From contig JBAUTW010000122.1 of assembly GCA_049582365.1 (NCBI GenBank), positions 26,183-90,182 of the forward strand: DNA of 64,000 bases, written 5' to 3'. Source of the DNA: Burkholderiales bacterium. Its GTDB lineage: Bacteria; Pseudomonadota; Gammaproteobacteria; Burkholderiales; SG8-39. The notes below the pieces were generated by a model. It was not told the origin of the DNA, ran no database searches, and worked only from the letters and a program-made list of their open reading frames with translations. The translations under genes and the position numbers were made by a program. Positions 12,397 to 27,067 of the stretch are shown here, piece after piece (within the stretch, counting starts at the first letter, position 1; each line of letters begins with the position of its first letter).

Positions 12397-12425
12397 TGAA
12401 AAAAGGGGCCATCGGCCCCCTTTTT
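12397..12425 (-). terminator. intercistronic hairpin plus U-tract between rpsB and tsf (attenuator or partial terminator)
   Basis: The minus-strand RNA reads AAAAA-GGGGGCC-GAT-GGCCCC-UUUUUU. It is a GC stem with a 3-4 nt loop, followed by a U run. An internal terminator between rpsB and tsf is known in E. coli. Confidence 0.5.
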
Positions 12426-12446
12426 AGACCCCGGGCCGCACCCGCA

Positions 12447-13196
12447 TCAATCCTCGCCCGCCTCGTCGTTCACCTCGACAAATTCATCGCGGGACGCCTC
12501 GACGATCTCTTCCACAGATTGAGAACGTCCTTCGAGGACGGCGTCGGCCACTCCACGTGCATACAGCCTGATCGCACGGCTCGAGTCGTCATTGCCCGGA
12601 ATGACGTAGTCGATGCCCTCCGGCGAATGGTTGGTGTCGACCACGCCCACGACCGGGATGCCAAGCTTCACAGCCTCCGCGATCGCGCCTTTCTGATAGC
12701 CCACGTCGATCACGAACATCGCGTCGGGCAGGCTCGCCAAGTCCTTAATGCCGCCCAACGAGCGGTTCAGCTTTTCCAGTTCTCGCTGTAGTCCCAGAGC
12801 TTCCTTCTTGGACATCCGCTCGAAGGTGCCGTCTTGCGCCATTTGCTCCATTTCCCTCAGGCGCTTGATGGACTGCTTGACGGTCTTGAAATTTGTCAGC
12901 ATTCCGCCCAGCCAGCGGTGATCGACGAACGGCATGCCGCAGCGAACAGCTTCTTCGCGGATGATTTCGCGTGCCTGCCGTTTGGTGCCGACGAACAGCA
13001 GGTTGCCTTTATTCGCTGCAAGACGCCGGATGTACTTGAGTGCGTCCTGGTACATTGCCAGGGTCGTCTCAAGATTGATAATGTGGATCTTATTGCGATG
13101 ACCGAAGATGAACGGCGCCATCTTCGGGTTCCAGTATCGAGTCTGGTGCCCGAAATGGACGCCCGCCTCGAGCATTTGACGCATGGTAACTGACAC
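12447..13196 (-). CDS. rpsB: 30S ribosomal protein S2
   Basis: 249 aa, [29 protein letters not shown] start with AAGGAG 5 nt upstream. Confidence 0.95.
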   Translation of the reverse strand: MSVTMRQMLEAGVHFGHQTRYWNPKMAPFIFGHRNKIHIINLETTLAMYQDALKYIRRLAANKGNLLFVGTKRQAREIIREEAVRCGMPFVDHRWLGGMLTNFKTVKQSIKRLREMEQMAQDGTFERMSKKEALGLQRELEKLNRSLGGIKDLASLPDAMFVIDVGYQKGAIAEAVKLGIPVVGVVDTNHSPEGIDYVIPGNDDSSRAIRLYARGVADAVLEGRSQSVEEIVEASRDEFVEVNDEAGED

Positions 13197-13327
13197 TATT
13201 GCTCCTTTAGGGTTAAGTCTGCCGCGCGGCCGAACCGTCGACCCGGCAAAAAACCGGGCACCCTAACCGGCCGGGCAGGAAATTTAGCCGGGACAAGCTC
13301 TGTAGACGCGACCCCGACCAGCCTAAA

Positions 13328-13357
13328 ATTCTAGCATAATCAGGTCTCAACACTCAA
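13328..13357 (-). promoter_or_regulatory. candidate sigma70 promoter of rpsB-tsf
   Basis: On the minus strand: TTGAGT (13357-13352), an 18-nt spacer, then TAGAAT (13333-13328). This would give a ~125-nt leader. Motif match only. Confidence 0.45.
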
Positions 13358-13410
13358 TAGAATTGCTTCTCGAGAGCGATTCTCGTATCCTCGTCGCCTT
13401 TTCCAAGCCC

Positions 13411-14211
13411 ATGGCCGTCACGCGCAAAACAGCCGAAGAGATCGCAAAGATGCGGGTCGCCGGACGTCTGGCGTCCGAAGTGCTGGATTTCATCGCGCCT
13501 CACGCGCGCCCCGGGGTGTCGACGGGCAAACTCGATGCGCTATGCCATGAATACATGGTCAAAGTGCAGGATACCGTCCCTGCGCCGCTGAATTACGCGC
13601 CTCCCGGTTACAAGCCCTACCCTAAGTCGATCTGCACCTCTGTAAACCATCAGGTCTGCCACGGCATTCCGGGTGATCGCGTGCTGAAGAGCGGGGATAT
13701 TCTGAACATCGACGTGACGGTCATAAAGGAGGGCTTCCACGGCGACTCCAGCCGCATGTACTGCGTCGGCGAGCCGGGCGTCCAGGCGCGCCGCCTGGTT
13801 GAAGTCACCTACGAATGCATGTGGCTCGGCATCGTGCAGGTACGCCCGGGCGGACACCTCGGTGACGTCGGCGCGGCAATCCAAGCAAATGCGGAAAAGC
13901 ATGGCTTCTCCGTCGTGCGGGAGTTCTGCGGGCACGGCATCGGGCGCAATTTTCACGAAGAGCCCCAGGTCCTGCACTACGGCAAAGCGGGCACCGGATT
14001 GGTTCTTGAGCCGGGAATGACGTTTACCGTCGAACCGATGATCAATGCCGGAAAAGCGGCAATCCGCGAACTGGCCGACGGCTGGACGATCGTCACCAAG
14101 GATCACAGCCTTTCCGCTCAGTGGGAACACACCGTGCTCGTCACCGAGTCGGGCTACCAGGTGCTGACGGTGTCATCGAGCTCGCCGCCGCCACCTGCCT
14201 TCGCTGCGTAG
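13411..14211 (+). CDS. map: type I methionine aminopeptidase
   Basis: Start re-set to ATG 13411 (MAVTRKTAEEIAKMRVAG...). 266 aa with good MetAP-I-like sequence. Divergent from rpsB, as in E. coli. Confidence 0.9.
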   Translation: MAVTRKTAEEIAKMRVAGRLASEVLDFIAPHARPGVSTGKLDALCHEYMVKVQDTVPAPLNYAPPGYKPYPKSICTSVNHQVCHGIPGDRVLKSGDILNIDVTVIKEGFHGDSSRMYCVGEPGVQARRLVEVTYECMWLGIVQVRPGGHLGDVGAAIQANAEKHGFSVVREFCGHGIGRNFHEEPQVLHYGKAGTGLVLEPGMTFTVEPMINAGKAAIRELADGWTIVTKDHSLSAQWEHTVLVTESGYQVLTVSSSSPPPPAFAA

Positions 14212-14214
14212 ACG

Positions 14215-16791
14215 ATGGCTGCGGTGCAGCCCGTACCTGGCACGGCCGTTGCGCAGGTTCGCACCGAGCTGCAAGCTGCGCGCGGCGCTCTGCGCGATGC
14301 CTATCTTCGGCGACCGCTACCACGCGCTCTACTGCGCAGCCACTCGAACCTGATCGATCGGACCATTAAGGCGCTGTGGCGCGAATTGCAGCCCGCAGCG
14401 GGCGCTGCACTGCTGGCCACCGGCGGGTATGGCCGTGCAGAGCTGTTCCCGTTCTCCGACATCGATGTTCTGATCCTGCTGGCAAGAGAACCATCTGCCG
14501 AAGAACGTACCCGCCTCGAATTGCTCGTGGGGCAGCTGTGGGACGTCGGACTCGAAGCCGGTCACAGCGTACGCACAATCGAGACCTGCCTCGAGGCGGC
14601 CGATGCCGACATTACCGTCCGCACGACGCTGCTGGAGGCGCGCTTTCTCGCCGGTAGCCGCGCGCTGTACCGAAAGCTCGAAACGGCGCTTCACCAGGCA
14701 TTCGACCCGGCGTCGTTCTACAAGGCGAAGAAGCTGGAGCAGGAACAGCGTCATGCCAAGCACCAGGACACGCCATATTCTCTTGAACCGAACTTGAAAG
14801 AGGCGCCGGGCGGTCTACGCGATCTGCATGTGATTCAGTGGATCGCACGGGCAGCGGGAATCGGGCACGACTGGCGCGATCTCGAGACCCACGGCCTGAT
14901 CCAGCACGACGAAATGCGACAACTCTCGCGCTGCGAGTCCGTGTTGCAGAACTTGCGAATTCGCCTGCATTACCTCGCGGGGCGGAGGGAAGACAGGCTC
15001 GTTTTCGATCTCCAGAATGCGCTCGCGGAGCAACTCGGCGATTCCGCAACGCCGACGCGCCGTGCCAGCGAAGTGATGATGCAGCGCTATTACCGCACGG
15101 CGAAGACGATTACCCAGCTCAACACGATCCTGCTCCAGAATCTGGGCGCCCGCCTGTTTCCCAAGTCCGAAGCGGAATTGCAGCCGCTGAACGAGCGCTT
15201 CCGTGCCCGCGGCGAATTGCTCGAGGCCTGCGACGAAGGATTATTCGAACGCGATCCACTTGCCGTGCTGGAAGGCTTTCTTCTGATGCAGCAGCATCAC
15301 GAGCTTCAGGGTATGACCGCGCCAACGCTGCGCGCATTGTGGCGCGGTCGACGTCGAATCGACGCCCGGTTCCGGCGCGATCCGGTCGCTCGGCTGATGT
15401 TCCTGCAGATCTTGCAGCAGCCACGCGGCATCGTGCACGAGTTCCGGCGGATGAATCAGTACGGCATTTTGGGGCGCTACCTGCCCGAATTTGGTCATGT
15501 GGTAGGGCAGATGCAGCACGACCTGTTTCACGTATACACCGTCGATCAGCACATTCTGATGGTGCTGCGAAACCTGCGCCGCTTCACAATGCCCGAGCTG
15601 GGGCACGAGTTCCCCTTGTGCAGCCAGCTGATGAGCGGCTTCGCCCGCAGCTGGCTGCTATATGTCGCCGCGCTGTATCACGACGTGGCGAAAGGTAGGG
15701 GCGGAGACCATTCCGAACTTGGCGCGCACGACGCGCGGATCTTTTGCCGTCGACACGGACTCGCGACCGAGGACCAGGATCTCGTCGTCTTTCTGGTCGC
15801 GAACCATCTGGCGATGTCGATGGTGGCACAAAAGCAGGACGTCCTCGACCCGGAGGTCATTCGCGCCTTCGCAAAACGGGTTGGGAGCGAGCGCCGCTTG
15901 ATCGCGCTGTATCTGCTGACGGTTGCGGACATTCGTGGCACCAGTCCGAAGGTATGGAACGCCTGGAAGGCCAAGCTGCTCGAGGACCTGTTTCGCGCCG
16001 CTCGACGCGTTCTCACCGGCGAAACGCTTCAGCTGGATGCCGCTCTCACCGAGAAACAGGCAGAAGCGACGCGCCTGCTCAGGCTCTATGCGCTCTCGGA
16101 CAGCGTCAAAGATCGTTTGTGGGCTCAGCTGGACACAACCTACTTCCTGCGCCACGATGCGCAAGAAATCGCGTGGCAGACCCGCAATCTGCACTACCGG
16201 GTAAACGCGGAAAGACCCGTGGTGAAGGCGCGGCTCGCACCGTTCGACGACGGCCTGCAGGTGATGATCTACACGCGCGACCGTCCGGCCCTGTTCGCTC
16301 GGATCTGCGGCTGTTTCGATAAGGTCAACTTCAACATCGTCGAGGCCAAGATCCACACGACCAGGAACGGATACGCGCTCGACACCTTTCTCGTGATGGG
16401 CGAGGGAAACGGCGTGCATTATCGGGACATGATCAATCTCGTCGAAACCGAGCTCGCGCAGGAGCTGGACTCGCAGGCGCCGCTTGGCGCGCCGCGGGGC
16501 GGTCGTCTCTCGCGCCGCGTGCGACATTTCCCTGTGTCTCCCGTGGTCGATATTCGTCCGGACGAGCGCGGGACTTACCAGGTGCTGTCAATCGTCGCCA
16601 GTGATCGTCCCGGGCTGCTCTATGGCGTGGCGCGCACTCTGGCCCGCTACCGCGTCGACCTGCATACGGCGAAGATAAATACGCTTGGTGACCGCGCCGA
16701 AGACGTCTTCCTGATATCTGGTGAAGCGCTTGCCGACCCCAAGACAGTCCTGCGCCTAGAGCAGGAACTGGCGAAGGAGCTGCAGGTCTGA
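14215..16791 (+). CDS. glnD: bifunctional [protein-PII] uridylyltransferase/uridylyl-removing enzyme
   Basis: 858 aa. Nucleotidyltransferase motif GGYGRAELFPFSDIDVLIL, an HD domain region (LYHDVAKG), and two C-terminal ACT-like segments. The map-glnD order matches enterics. Confidence 0.95.
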   Translation: MAAVQPVPGTAVAQVRTELQAARGALRDAYLRRPLPRALLRSHSNLIDRTIKALWRELQPAAGAALLATGGYGRAELFPFSDIDVLILLAREPSAEERTRLELLVGQLWDVGLEAGHSVRTIETCLEAADADITVRTTLLEARFLAGSRALYRKLETALHQAFDPASFYKAKKLEQEQRHAKHQDTPYSLEPNLKEAPGGLRDLHVIQWIARAAGIGHDWRDLETHGLIQHDEMRQLSRCESVLQNLRIRLHYLAGRREDRLVFDLQNALAEQLGDSATPTRRASEVMMQRYYRTAKTITQLNTILLQNLGARLFPKSEAELQPLNERFRARGELLEACDEGLFERDPLAVLEGFLLMQQHHELQGMTAPTLRALWRGRRRIDARFRRDPVARLMFLQILQQPRGIVHEFRRMNQYGILGRYLPEFGHVVGQMQHDLFHVYTVDQHILMVLRNLRRFTMPELGHEFPLCSQLMSGFARSWLLYVAALYHDVAKGRGGDHSELGAHDARIFCRRHGLATEDQDLVVFLVANHLAMSMVAQKQDVLDPEVIRAFAKRVGSERRLIALYLLTVADIRGTSPKVWNAWKAKLLEDLFRAARRVLTGETLQLDAALTEKQAEATRLLRLYALSDSVKDRLWAQLDTTYFLRHDAQEIAWQTRNLHYRVNAERPVVKARLAPFDDGLQVMIYTRDRPALFARICGCFDKVNFNIVEAKIHTTRNGYALDTFLVMGEGNGVHYRDMINLVETELAQELDSQAPLGAPRGGRLSRRVRHFPVSPVVDIRPDERGTYQVLSIVASDRPGLLYGVARTLARYRVDLHTAKINTLGDRAEDVFLISGEALADPKTVLRLEQELAKELQV

Positions 16792-16798
16792 ACTAGGC

Positions 16799-17332
16799 CT
16801 ACTCCGCGAGGGGTGCCTGTTCGCCGGGAAACAAGGCGTCGATGTACCCGAACTTTCTCAGATCGTGAATCCGCATCGGGTAGAGAATCCCGTCCAGGTG
16901 GTCGCACTCATGCTGCACCACGCGCGCGTGGAACCCTTCTGCCACGCGCTCAAATGGCCTGCCTCGCTCGTCGCGACCCGAGTATCGAAGCTTGGTGTAA
17001 CGCGGCACCAGACCGCGCATGCCCGGTACCGAAAGGCATCCCTCCCAGCCCTCCTCCATCTCGGACGAAATGGGCTCAATGAGCGGGTTGATCAGGACGG
17101 TGTCGGGTACCTCCTCCACTCCGGGATAGCGTGGGTTACGCTTGACGCCGAAGATCACGACGCGAAGGCCTACGCCGATCTGTGGCGCCGCCAGTCCGGC
17201 ACCGTCTAGGTGAGCCATCGTGTCCCGCATATCGTCCAGCAACGCATCGAGCTCCGGCGTGGAAAAGCGCTCCACGGGCGCCGCGACCGCCAGCAACGAC
17301 GCATTTCCCATCTTGAGGACATCCCGGATCAT
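16799..17332 (-). CDS. def: peptide deformylase
   Basis: 177 aa with all three PDF motifs: [27 protein letters not shown]. Confidence 0.9.
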   Translation of the reverse strand: MIRDVLKMGNASLLAVAAPVERFSTPELDALLDDMRDTMAHLDGAGLAAPQIGVGLRVVIFGVKRNPRYPGVEEVPDTVLINPLIEPISSEMEEGWEGCLSVPGMRGLVPRYTKLRYSGRDERGRPFERVAEGFHARVVQHECDHLDGILYPMRIHDLRKFGYIDALFPGEQAPLAE

Positions 17333-18066
17333 CCGCCCGCCAAGCGCTCGATGATTCTGCGCACGCGGCCCATCGCCTCTTCCAGCACCGCGCTGATCCG
17401 CTCCAGGGATATTCCCCGCGCACTGTCTCCGCGTCCTGCCGCGTAGTTGGCGACCACCGCAATGGCCGCATACTCCAGGCCTAGCTCACGCGCCAGCACG
17501 GCTTCGGGCATGCCCGTCATGCCCACCACATCCGCCCCGTCACGTTCCATGCGATTTATCTCCGCCGCCGTTTCCAGGCGCGGACCCTGCGTCGCGCCGT
17601 AGACACCGCCCTCGGTCAGGTGCTCCTCGCAATGTCGAGCGGCCTCGCGGATCCGTTGCCTTAGGGCAGGCGAATACGGTTCCGTGAAATCGATGTGCGT
17701 CACGGGCGCATCAGCGCCCTCGAAAAAAGTCGACCCGCGCCCCCAGGTGTAGTCGATTATCTGATCCGGAAGCATCAACGTGCCCGGCTCCAGATCCTTG
17801 CGGATGCCGCCCACGGATGCCACCGACACGACGCCAGCGACTCCCTCCTCTTTCAATGCCCACAGGTTTGCGCGGTAATTGACTTCATGCGGAGCGACCG
17901 TGTGGCCGTAGCCGTGCCGCGCGAGAAAGACAACGTCACGACCGCCCACGCGACCGAAAGTCAGCGGACCGGATGGTTCGCCGTAAGGCGTGCGCGCCAC
18001 CTTGCGCAACTCTATCTTGAGGTTGCCCAACTGAGACAGTCCGCTGCCACCGATGATCGCCAGCAT
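17329..18066 (-). CDS. S-methyl-5'-thioadenosine/thioinosine phosphorylase family (PNP/MTAP)
   Basis: 245 aa, [10 protein letters not shown]...[26 protein letters not shown]...[31 protein letters not shown], typical of MTAP/MtiP. The exact substrate is not decidable from sequence alone. Confidence 0.85.
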   Translation of the reverse strand: MLAIIGGSGLSQLGNLKIELRKVARTPYGEPSGPLTFGRVGGRDVVFLARHGYGHTVAPHEVNYRANLWALKEEGVAGVVSVASVGGIRKDLEPGTLMLPDQIIDYTWGRGSTFFEGADAPVTHIDFTEPYSPALRQRIREAARHCEEHLTEGGVYGATQGPRLETAAEINRMERDGADVVGMTGMPEAVLARELGLEYAAIAVVANYAAGRGDSARGISLERISAVLEEAMGRVRRIIERLAGG

Positions 18067-18614
18067 CAGGCGCTCTTCATGGCGCGGATTTCCGGAATAT
18101 TGCGCCAGTATCCCTTTGCATCCATGCCGCAGCCGAATACGAAGCGGTCCGGAATTCTAAGACCAACGAAATCCGCGGCGATCGGCTTGCCACGAGCCAG
18201 CATTTTCTCCACAAGGACCGCGCTGAGCACCCTTGTTGCGCCCTGTTCGCGCAGTCGATCGCGAATCGCGAGCAGCGTCGTTCCGCCATCGAGAATGTCG
18301 TCAAGCAGCAGCACGGTGCGACCCTGAACGCCCGCAGGGGGCTCCACGCGCCACTCGAGCGGGCCGCCGGCGGTCTCGTTGCCGTAGCGCGAGGCGTGCA
18401 CGTAATCCAGATCGAGCGGAAAATGCAGCAGCGGAAGCAGCTGTCCGCCGAAGACAACGGCCCCCGCCATCACCAGCAGCACCAGCGGATAGGCCTCGGA
18501 GAGCCTGCCGTTGATTTCTCCGGCGACGCGACGAACCGCCGCCTGTACTTCATCAGCGCTCGATATCCGGTCGGAATTCTCGAGAAAGGCCCAGGCCTGC
18601 GCAGGATCGCGCAT
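18066..18614 (-). CDS. hpt: hypoxanthine-guanine phosphoribosyltransferase family protein
   Basis: 182 aa with PRPP-binding motif VLLLDDILDGGTTL and the C-terminal ...DFVGLRIPDRFVFGCGMD typical of 6-oxopurine PRTs. Confidence 0.8.
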   Translation of the reverse strand: MRDPAQAWAFLENSDRISSADEVQAAVRRVAGEINGRLSEAYPLVLLVMAGAVVFGGQLLPLLHFPLDLDYVHASRYGNETAGGPLEWRVEPPAGVQGRTVLLLDDILDGGTTLLAIRDRLREQGATRVLSAVLVEKMLARGKPIAADFVGLRIPDRFVFGCGMDAKGYWRNIPEIRAMKSA

Positions 18615-18616
18615 CT

Positions 18617-18985
18617 TCAGTAGGTGAATGTCACCACATCGTCATCCATTGCTTGCGAGATCACGTATGCGCCGCCGACCGTTTCTTCGATCTCGGGAAT
18701 CAGGTCCTCGCCCCACAACTCCAGTGTCGGCGTGCAGACTTTGAACTTTACGCCAGCTTCGTGCGCGTCTTTCATGAAATCGTAAACGCTCTTGGGCGAG
18801 CCTTCCTTGACGTGTAATTTTTCCGCCACGCCCTTGATCGCAAGTTCGCCGGCGCGGCCCGTGAGCACGACCTCGACCTCGTACTCCATGGCGGCAGCCA
18901 CGGTCGCCTGAAAGAACGGTGCGCCGAGTTCGGCAGGATCTCGCGGGTCGGTGTTTACCATCACGATCATAAGCTTGTCGGCCAT
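18617..18985 (-). CDS. DsrE/DsrF-like family small protein (function unknown)
   Basis: 122 aa from ATG 18985, with GAGGAGG 5 nt upstream. MADKLMIVMVNTDPRDP...VVLTGRAGELAIKG...GVKFKVCTPTLELWG resembles the DsrE/TusD alpha-beta fold family. This is recognition by eye only. Confidence 0.55.
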   Translation of the reverse strand: MADKLMIVMVNTDPRDPAELGAPFFQATVAAAMEYEVEVVLTGRAGELAIKGVAEKLHVKEGSPKSVYDFMKDAHEAGVKFKVCTPTLELWGEDLIPEIEETVGGAYVISQAMDDDVVTFTY

Positions 18986-19052
18986 ATTTCCCTCCTCACG
19001 CATGAATATTAGCGAATGCTAAAGCTGATGAGTATAGCCGAAGCACCTGCCG

Positions 19053-22974
<3,922 letters not shown>

Positions 22975-23013
22975 GTGATCAGGCCGCTGGACGCGGACGG
23001 GCGCCGAAAGCCG

Positions 23014-26000
23014 TCAGGCCGCGAGCTCCTCTCTCATACGCAGCGCCTCGTCAATGTCGACCGCGACGACACGCGACACGCCGGATTCCGGCATGGTGAC
23101 GCCGACCAGCTGCGCGGCAAGCTCCATCGTCAGCTTGTTGTGGCTGATGAACAGGAACTGGGTCTGGCTCGACATCTTGCGCACCAGGTCGCAGAAACGC
23201 ACTGTATTGGCGTCGTCGAGCGGAGCGTCGACCTCGTCGAGCAGGCAAAACGGCGCCGGATTGAGTTGGAACATCGCGAACACGAGCGCGATTGCCGTGA
23301 GCGCCTTTTCGCCGCCGGAAAGCAGATGGATGCTGCTGTTACGTTTGCCCGGGGGCTGAGCCATGACCTGGACCCCCGCATCGAGGATTTCCTCGCCGGT
23401 CATGTTCAGCTTCGCCTCGCCGCCGCCAAACAAGGCGGGAAACAGCGAACCAAAATGGCGATTCACGCTGTCGAACGTTTCACGCAGCAATTCGCGTGTC
23501 TCCCGGTCAATTCGGCGGATCGCGTCCTCGAGCGTGTTGACGGCCTCGTCCAGGTCGGCGGCCTGCGAATCGAGATAACTCTTGCGCTCGCGGCTGCTGT
23601 GCAGTTCCTCCAGCGCCGCCAGATTGACCGCCCCCAGTTCGTTGATCGACTGGGTCAACCGTGTCAGCTCGGCCTGCAACGCCGACGGGCGCGGCGCGCG
23701 CTCGGCTTCGCCTTCGAGTCTCGCTTCGTCGGCGTCAGCCTCGCGCAACTGCTGCTCGAACTGATCGTGGTTGATCTGCGCGGCTTGTTCTTTAAGGCGC
23801 AATTCGCCCACCCGGTCGCGCAGCGGTGCGAGTCGCCCTTCGATCTGCAGGCGCTCCTCTTCGAATCCGCGCAACACGCCAGCCGCGGTCTCCACCGCAT
23901 TGCGAGCTTCGGCAAGCGTCCTTTCGCATGCGATACGCGACTCGACCGCTGCCTCCAGCGCTATGCGCACGGCCGGAACCGGGTCTTGCGCCAGCTCTTC
24001 GGTCAGCTTCGCGATTTCGGTCTCGGCGCTTCCGATCTGTTGGTCGATGACGCGAACCGAGTTGTCAATCTCGCTGATTTTGGAGGCGCATTCGCGCTCG
24101 TCGAACACCGCATCCTGCGATGCGCGCTCTGCTTGATGAATCTGGCCGCGCTGATCGGTCAGCCGTACTTCGGCCGCGAGGTGATCGGCCTTGATCGCTT
24201 CCAGATCGTCGCGCGAAGCGCGGATCTCCTCGCCCAGGCGCCCTACCGCGGCCTGGGATTGAACCAATCGCTCCCCGCTTTGGTCAACGTCGCGCGCGAT
24301 CTCGGCCAGCTCTGCGCCGACCTGCGCGCTGCGTTCGCTGTAGCGCTCTTGCGCCTGGCTCAGCTTCAAAAGCTCGATTTGCCGGTCGTGACGGTCCGTC
24401 TGACGCGCCGAAAGGGCGTCTCGCGCACGCTCCAGCGCGCTCTGTTTTTGCGCCAGTTCAGCCTCGACGCCAGCCAGCGCGCGTCGTTCCTCTCCGAGGC
24501 GAGACTCGAACCCGCGGAAGCGCGCCTCCAGCGCCTCGATCTCCCCCTGCCGGGCCAGCAGCCCCGCGTCCGACGGATCCGGCGCGTGGAAGCTCAGCGT
24601 GTGCCGCGTGAACTGGTGCCCTGCCCGGGTTACCAGAACCGCTCCCCTTGGCAGCTGCTCTCGTGCCTGCGCATCCGGGGCACTCTCGACCGCATAGATG
24701 CCCGACAACCAGTCCGCCAGGGCGCCCGATACAGCCGGGTCGCCTGCGTGCACCTTTGACGCGAGCGAGGTGTGGCCTGGAAGCTGCTGCTCCGCACCGC
24801 CGATTCCATGCGTGAAAATGCTCGCCTTCACCGGAGGCTGATCCGACGCGAGCGCCCCGAGCCGCGCCGGGTCGCCGAGCTCGAGAGCATGCAAGCGCTC
24901 GCGCAGCACTGCCTCGACCGCGGTCTCCCAGCCGGGCTCAATGCGCAGCTTCTGCCACAAGCGCGGCAACGCCGAGAGCCCGTGCGTCTCGAGCCAGTCG
25001 TGCAGCGGCGCGTTGTCTTCGGCCGCAGTCTGTATCTGCCGTAGCGTTGCGAGTTGCGCTTCCGCTGCGGTCGCCTCGCGTGAAGCCTGCGCCACTCGCT
25101 CCAAGGCAGACGATTGCCGCTCCTCCAAACGCGCACAATCGGCCTGGAATGTCTCGATTCCCTGCTCCGCCTCTGCGATCGACGCGTCGATCTCGCGGAC
25201 AAGGTCGTCGAGCGCCAGCAGTGCGGTCGGGTCGGGCTTGAGCAAGGTCTCCAGCTCTCCCTGCAGTCGCTCGCGACGCTGGCCGAGCGACTGGATGTTG
25301 CGCGCCAGATGGGCAAGGTTCGATTGCTCGATCTGCAAGCCACTCTCCGCCTGCATCAGGCGGCCACGGGCTTCGCTCAGACGCTCCTGTGAAGAGCGGA
25401 ACGCCTGCTCGGCCTGCGGCAGCTTTGCGTTCTCCTGCGACAGCCGCGACTGGACTTCCGCGACGCGCTGCTTCGCGCTCTCGGAGCGCGCCGCCCACAT
25501 ATGAAGCGCCTGGGTAAGCTGAGAGCGCTGCTCTCGCCATGATCCGAGCTGAATGCGCCGCTCGGTGTGCTGGTTCTCGAGCCGTTGTCGCGTTTCCTCC
25601 ACGTGGCGCAGCTCGGACTCGTGGCGCGCGACTTCCGCGTTGGCGCCATACAGAGCCGCCTGGGCGGCATTCATCGCGTCGCCCGTCTTGTAATGCGTCG
25701 CGCGAGCAGCCTCCAGCCGCGATTCGATCTCGCGCAGCTTCGCGGTCTCTGCTTCCAACTCGTTGCCGGTCTTGGCAATATCTCTTGTGTGACGCTCACG
25801 CTCGCCCGCAGCATCGCGACGTCGCACGAACCACAGAAGCTGCTGCTTGAACTGCAGCTCGGCGTGGAGGTCCTTGTAGCGGCTAGCTACCTCTGCCTGC
25901 GCTTCCAGCTTTTCGATCTGCAAACCGAGTTCGATCCGGATGTCGGTTACTCGTGCGAGATTCTCTTTCGTATCCGAGAGCCGATTCTCGGTTTCGCGCC

Positions 26001-26529
26001 GACGCTCCTTGTACTTCGAAATTCCCGCCGCTTCTTCTAGGAAAACACGCAGTTCCTCGGGCTTGGCCTCGATCACGCGCGAAATCATTCCTTGTTCTAT
26101 GATCGCGTAGGCCCGCGGCCCCAAACCGGTGCCGAGGAACATGTCCGTGATGTCGCGCCGCCGCACGTGCGTATTGTTGATGTGGTACGACGATTCCCCG
26201 TCTCGCTGCAGCACGCGCTTGACCGAGATCTCGGCATACTGGGACCACTGCCCGGCGGCACGCCCCTGCGAATTGTCGAACAGCAACTCGACGCTCGCTC
26301 TCGCCAGCGGCTTGCGGTTCACCGAACCGTTGAAGATGACGTCCTGCATCGAATCGCCGCGCAATGCCGAAGCGCGTGACTCGCCGAGTACCCAACGCAC
26401 GGCGTCTATCACGTTGGATTTGCCGCAGCCGTTCGGCCCCACGATGCCGACCAGCTGTCCCGGCACGTGAATGGATGTGGGATCGACAAACGACTTGAAA
26501 CCGGAAAGCTTGATCTGCGTAAGGCGCAC
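23014..26529 (-). CDS. smc: chromosome segregation protein SMC
   Basis: 1171 aa. Walker [10 protein letters not shown], long coiled coils, a hinge, the signature [13 protein letters not shown], and Walker [16 protein letters not shown] start. Confidence 0.95.
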   Translation of the reverse strand: MRLTQIKLSGFKSFVDPTSIHVPGQLVGIVGPNGCGKSNVIDAVRWVLGESRASALRGDSMQDVIFNGSVNRKPLARASVELLFDNSQGRAAGQWSQYAEISVKRVLQRDGESSYHINNTHVRRRDITDMFLGTGLGPRAYAIIEQGMISRVIEAKPEELRVFLEEAAGISKYKERRRETENRLSDTKENLARVTDIRIELGLQIEKLEAQAEVASRYKDLHAELQFKQQLLWFVRRRDAAGERERHTRDIAKTGNELEAETAKLREIESRLEAARATHYKTGDAMNAAQAALYGANAEVARHESELRHVEETRQRLENQHTERRIQLGSWREQRSQLTQALHMWAARSESAKQRVAEVQSRLSQENAKLPQAEQAFRSSQERLSEARGRLMQAESGLQIEQSNLAHLARNIQSLGQRRERLQGELETLLKPDPTALLALDDLVREIDASIAEAEQGIETFQADCARLEERQSSALERVAQASREATAAEAQLATLRQIQTAAEDNAPLHDWLETHGLSALPRLWQKLRIEPGWETAVEAVLRERLHALELGDPARLGALASDQPPVKASIFTHGIGGAEQQLPGHTSLASKVHAGDPAVSGALADWLSGIYAVESAPDAQAREQLPRGAVLVTRAGHQFTRHTLSFHAPDPSDAGLLARQGEIEALEARFRGFESRLGEERRALAGVEAELAQKQSALERARDALSARQTDRHDRQIELLKLSQAQERYSERSAQVGAELAEIARDVDQSGERLVQSQAAVGRLGEEIRASRDDLEAIKADHLAAEVRLTDQRGQIHQAERASQDAVFDERECASKISEIDNSVRVIDQQIGSAETEIAKLTEELAQDPVPAVRIALEAAVESRIACERTLAEARNAVETAAGVLRGFEEERLQIEGRLAPLRDRVGELRLKEQAAQINHDQFEQQLREADADEARLEGEAERAPRPSALQAELTRLTQSINELGAVNLAALEELHSSRERKSYLDSQAADLDEAVNTLEDAIRRIDRETRELLRETFDSVNRHFGSLFPALFGGGEAKLNMTGEEILDAGVQVMAQPPGKRNSSIHLLSGGEKALTAIALVFAMFQLNPAPFCLLDEVDAPLDDANTVRFCDLVRKMSSQTQFLFISHNKLTMELAAQLVGVTMPESGVSRVVAVDIDEALRMREELAA

Positions 26530-26647
26530 GGGTCGCTATCGAATTCGCGAAGAATTAAGTTGCGGCGCGAGGGAAACACCGCCAGAAAAAACGTCCGGCA
26601 TGATACCATTTTTGCATAGTCCTTCGCTCATTCCCCGCTGGCAGAAA

Positions 26648-27067
26648 ATGGCATCGCGCCCCTCTGGCAAGGCTCTTCAGACTTTCCCCAATCCGAATCC
26701 CGGGCGTGACTTTCGCATCCACGTGGAAATACCGGAATTCACCTGTCTCTGCCCGATCACCGGACAGCCCGACTTCGCCGTGTTGGCGCTCGACTATGTT
26801 CCGGAGCGCACGTGCCTGGAGCTCAAATCGCTCAAGCTCTATATCTGGTCGTTCCGCGATCAGGGCGCTTTCCATGAGGCGGTGACCAACCGGATCTTGG
26901 ACGACCTCGTGGGCTCCGTCCGTCCGCGCTACATGCGCCTGACTGCGCGCTTCAACGTGCGCGGCGGCCTCTTTACCACGATCGTCGCCGAGCACCGAAA
27001 GCGTGGCTGGCGCCCGCCGCCACCCGTTCAGCTTGACGCTTTGCCCAGCGCTGAACCGCGGCGATGA
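26648..27067 (+). CDS. queF: NADPH-dependent 7-cyano-7-deazaguanine reductase (unimodular type)
   Basis: Start re-set to ATG 26648, giving 139 aa. Catalytic Cys context [14 protein letters not shown] and QueF motif [13 protein letters not shown]. Confidence 0.9.
   Translation: MASRPSGKALQTFPNPNPGRDFRIHVEIPEFTCLCPITGQPDFAVLALDYVPERTCLELKSLKLYIWSFRDQGAFHEAVTNRILDDLVGSVRPRYMRLTARFNVRGGLFTTIVAEHRKRGWRPPPPVQLDALPSAEPRR

Noticed and set aside
22975-24759. 594-aa plus-strand ORF antisense to smc. Similar long antisense ORFs: 51367..53658 (763 aa, opposite the giant flavoprotein), 20237..21823 (opposite ligA), 54479..56059 (opposite the ABC binding protein), 30262..31506 (opposite dapE), 37393..38688 and 39539..40843 (opposite infB/nusA), and 15658..16527 (opposite glnD).
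   Set aside because: These are typical shadow ORFs of a GC-rich genome. They lie in antisense frames of well-supported genes. They are Arg/Leu/Ala/Gln-rich low-complexity translations with no recognisable motifs, no SD sequences, and boundaries set only by chance stops.
26530-26647. Possible preQ1 riboswitch in the 118-bp region upstream of queF.
   Set aside because: I could not see a compact preQ1-type hairpin plus A-rich tail, or any conserved core. The region is a divergent smc/queF promoter, with only short palindromes (AATTC-GCGAA-GAATT).
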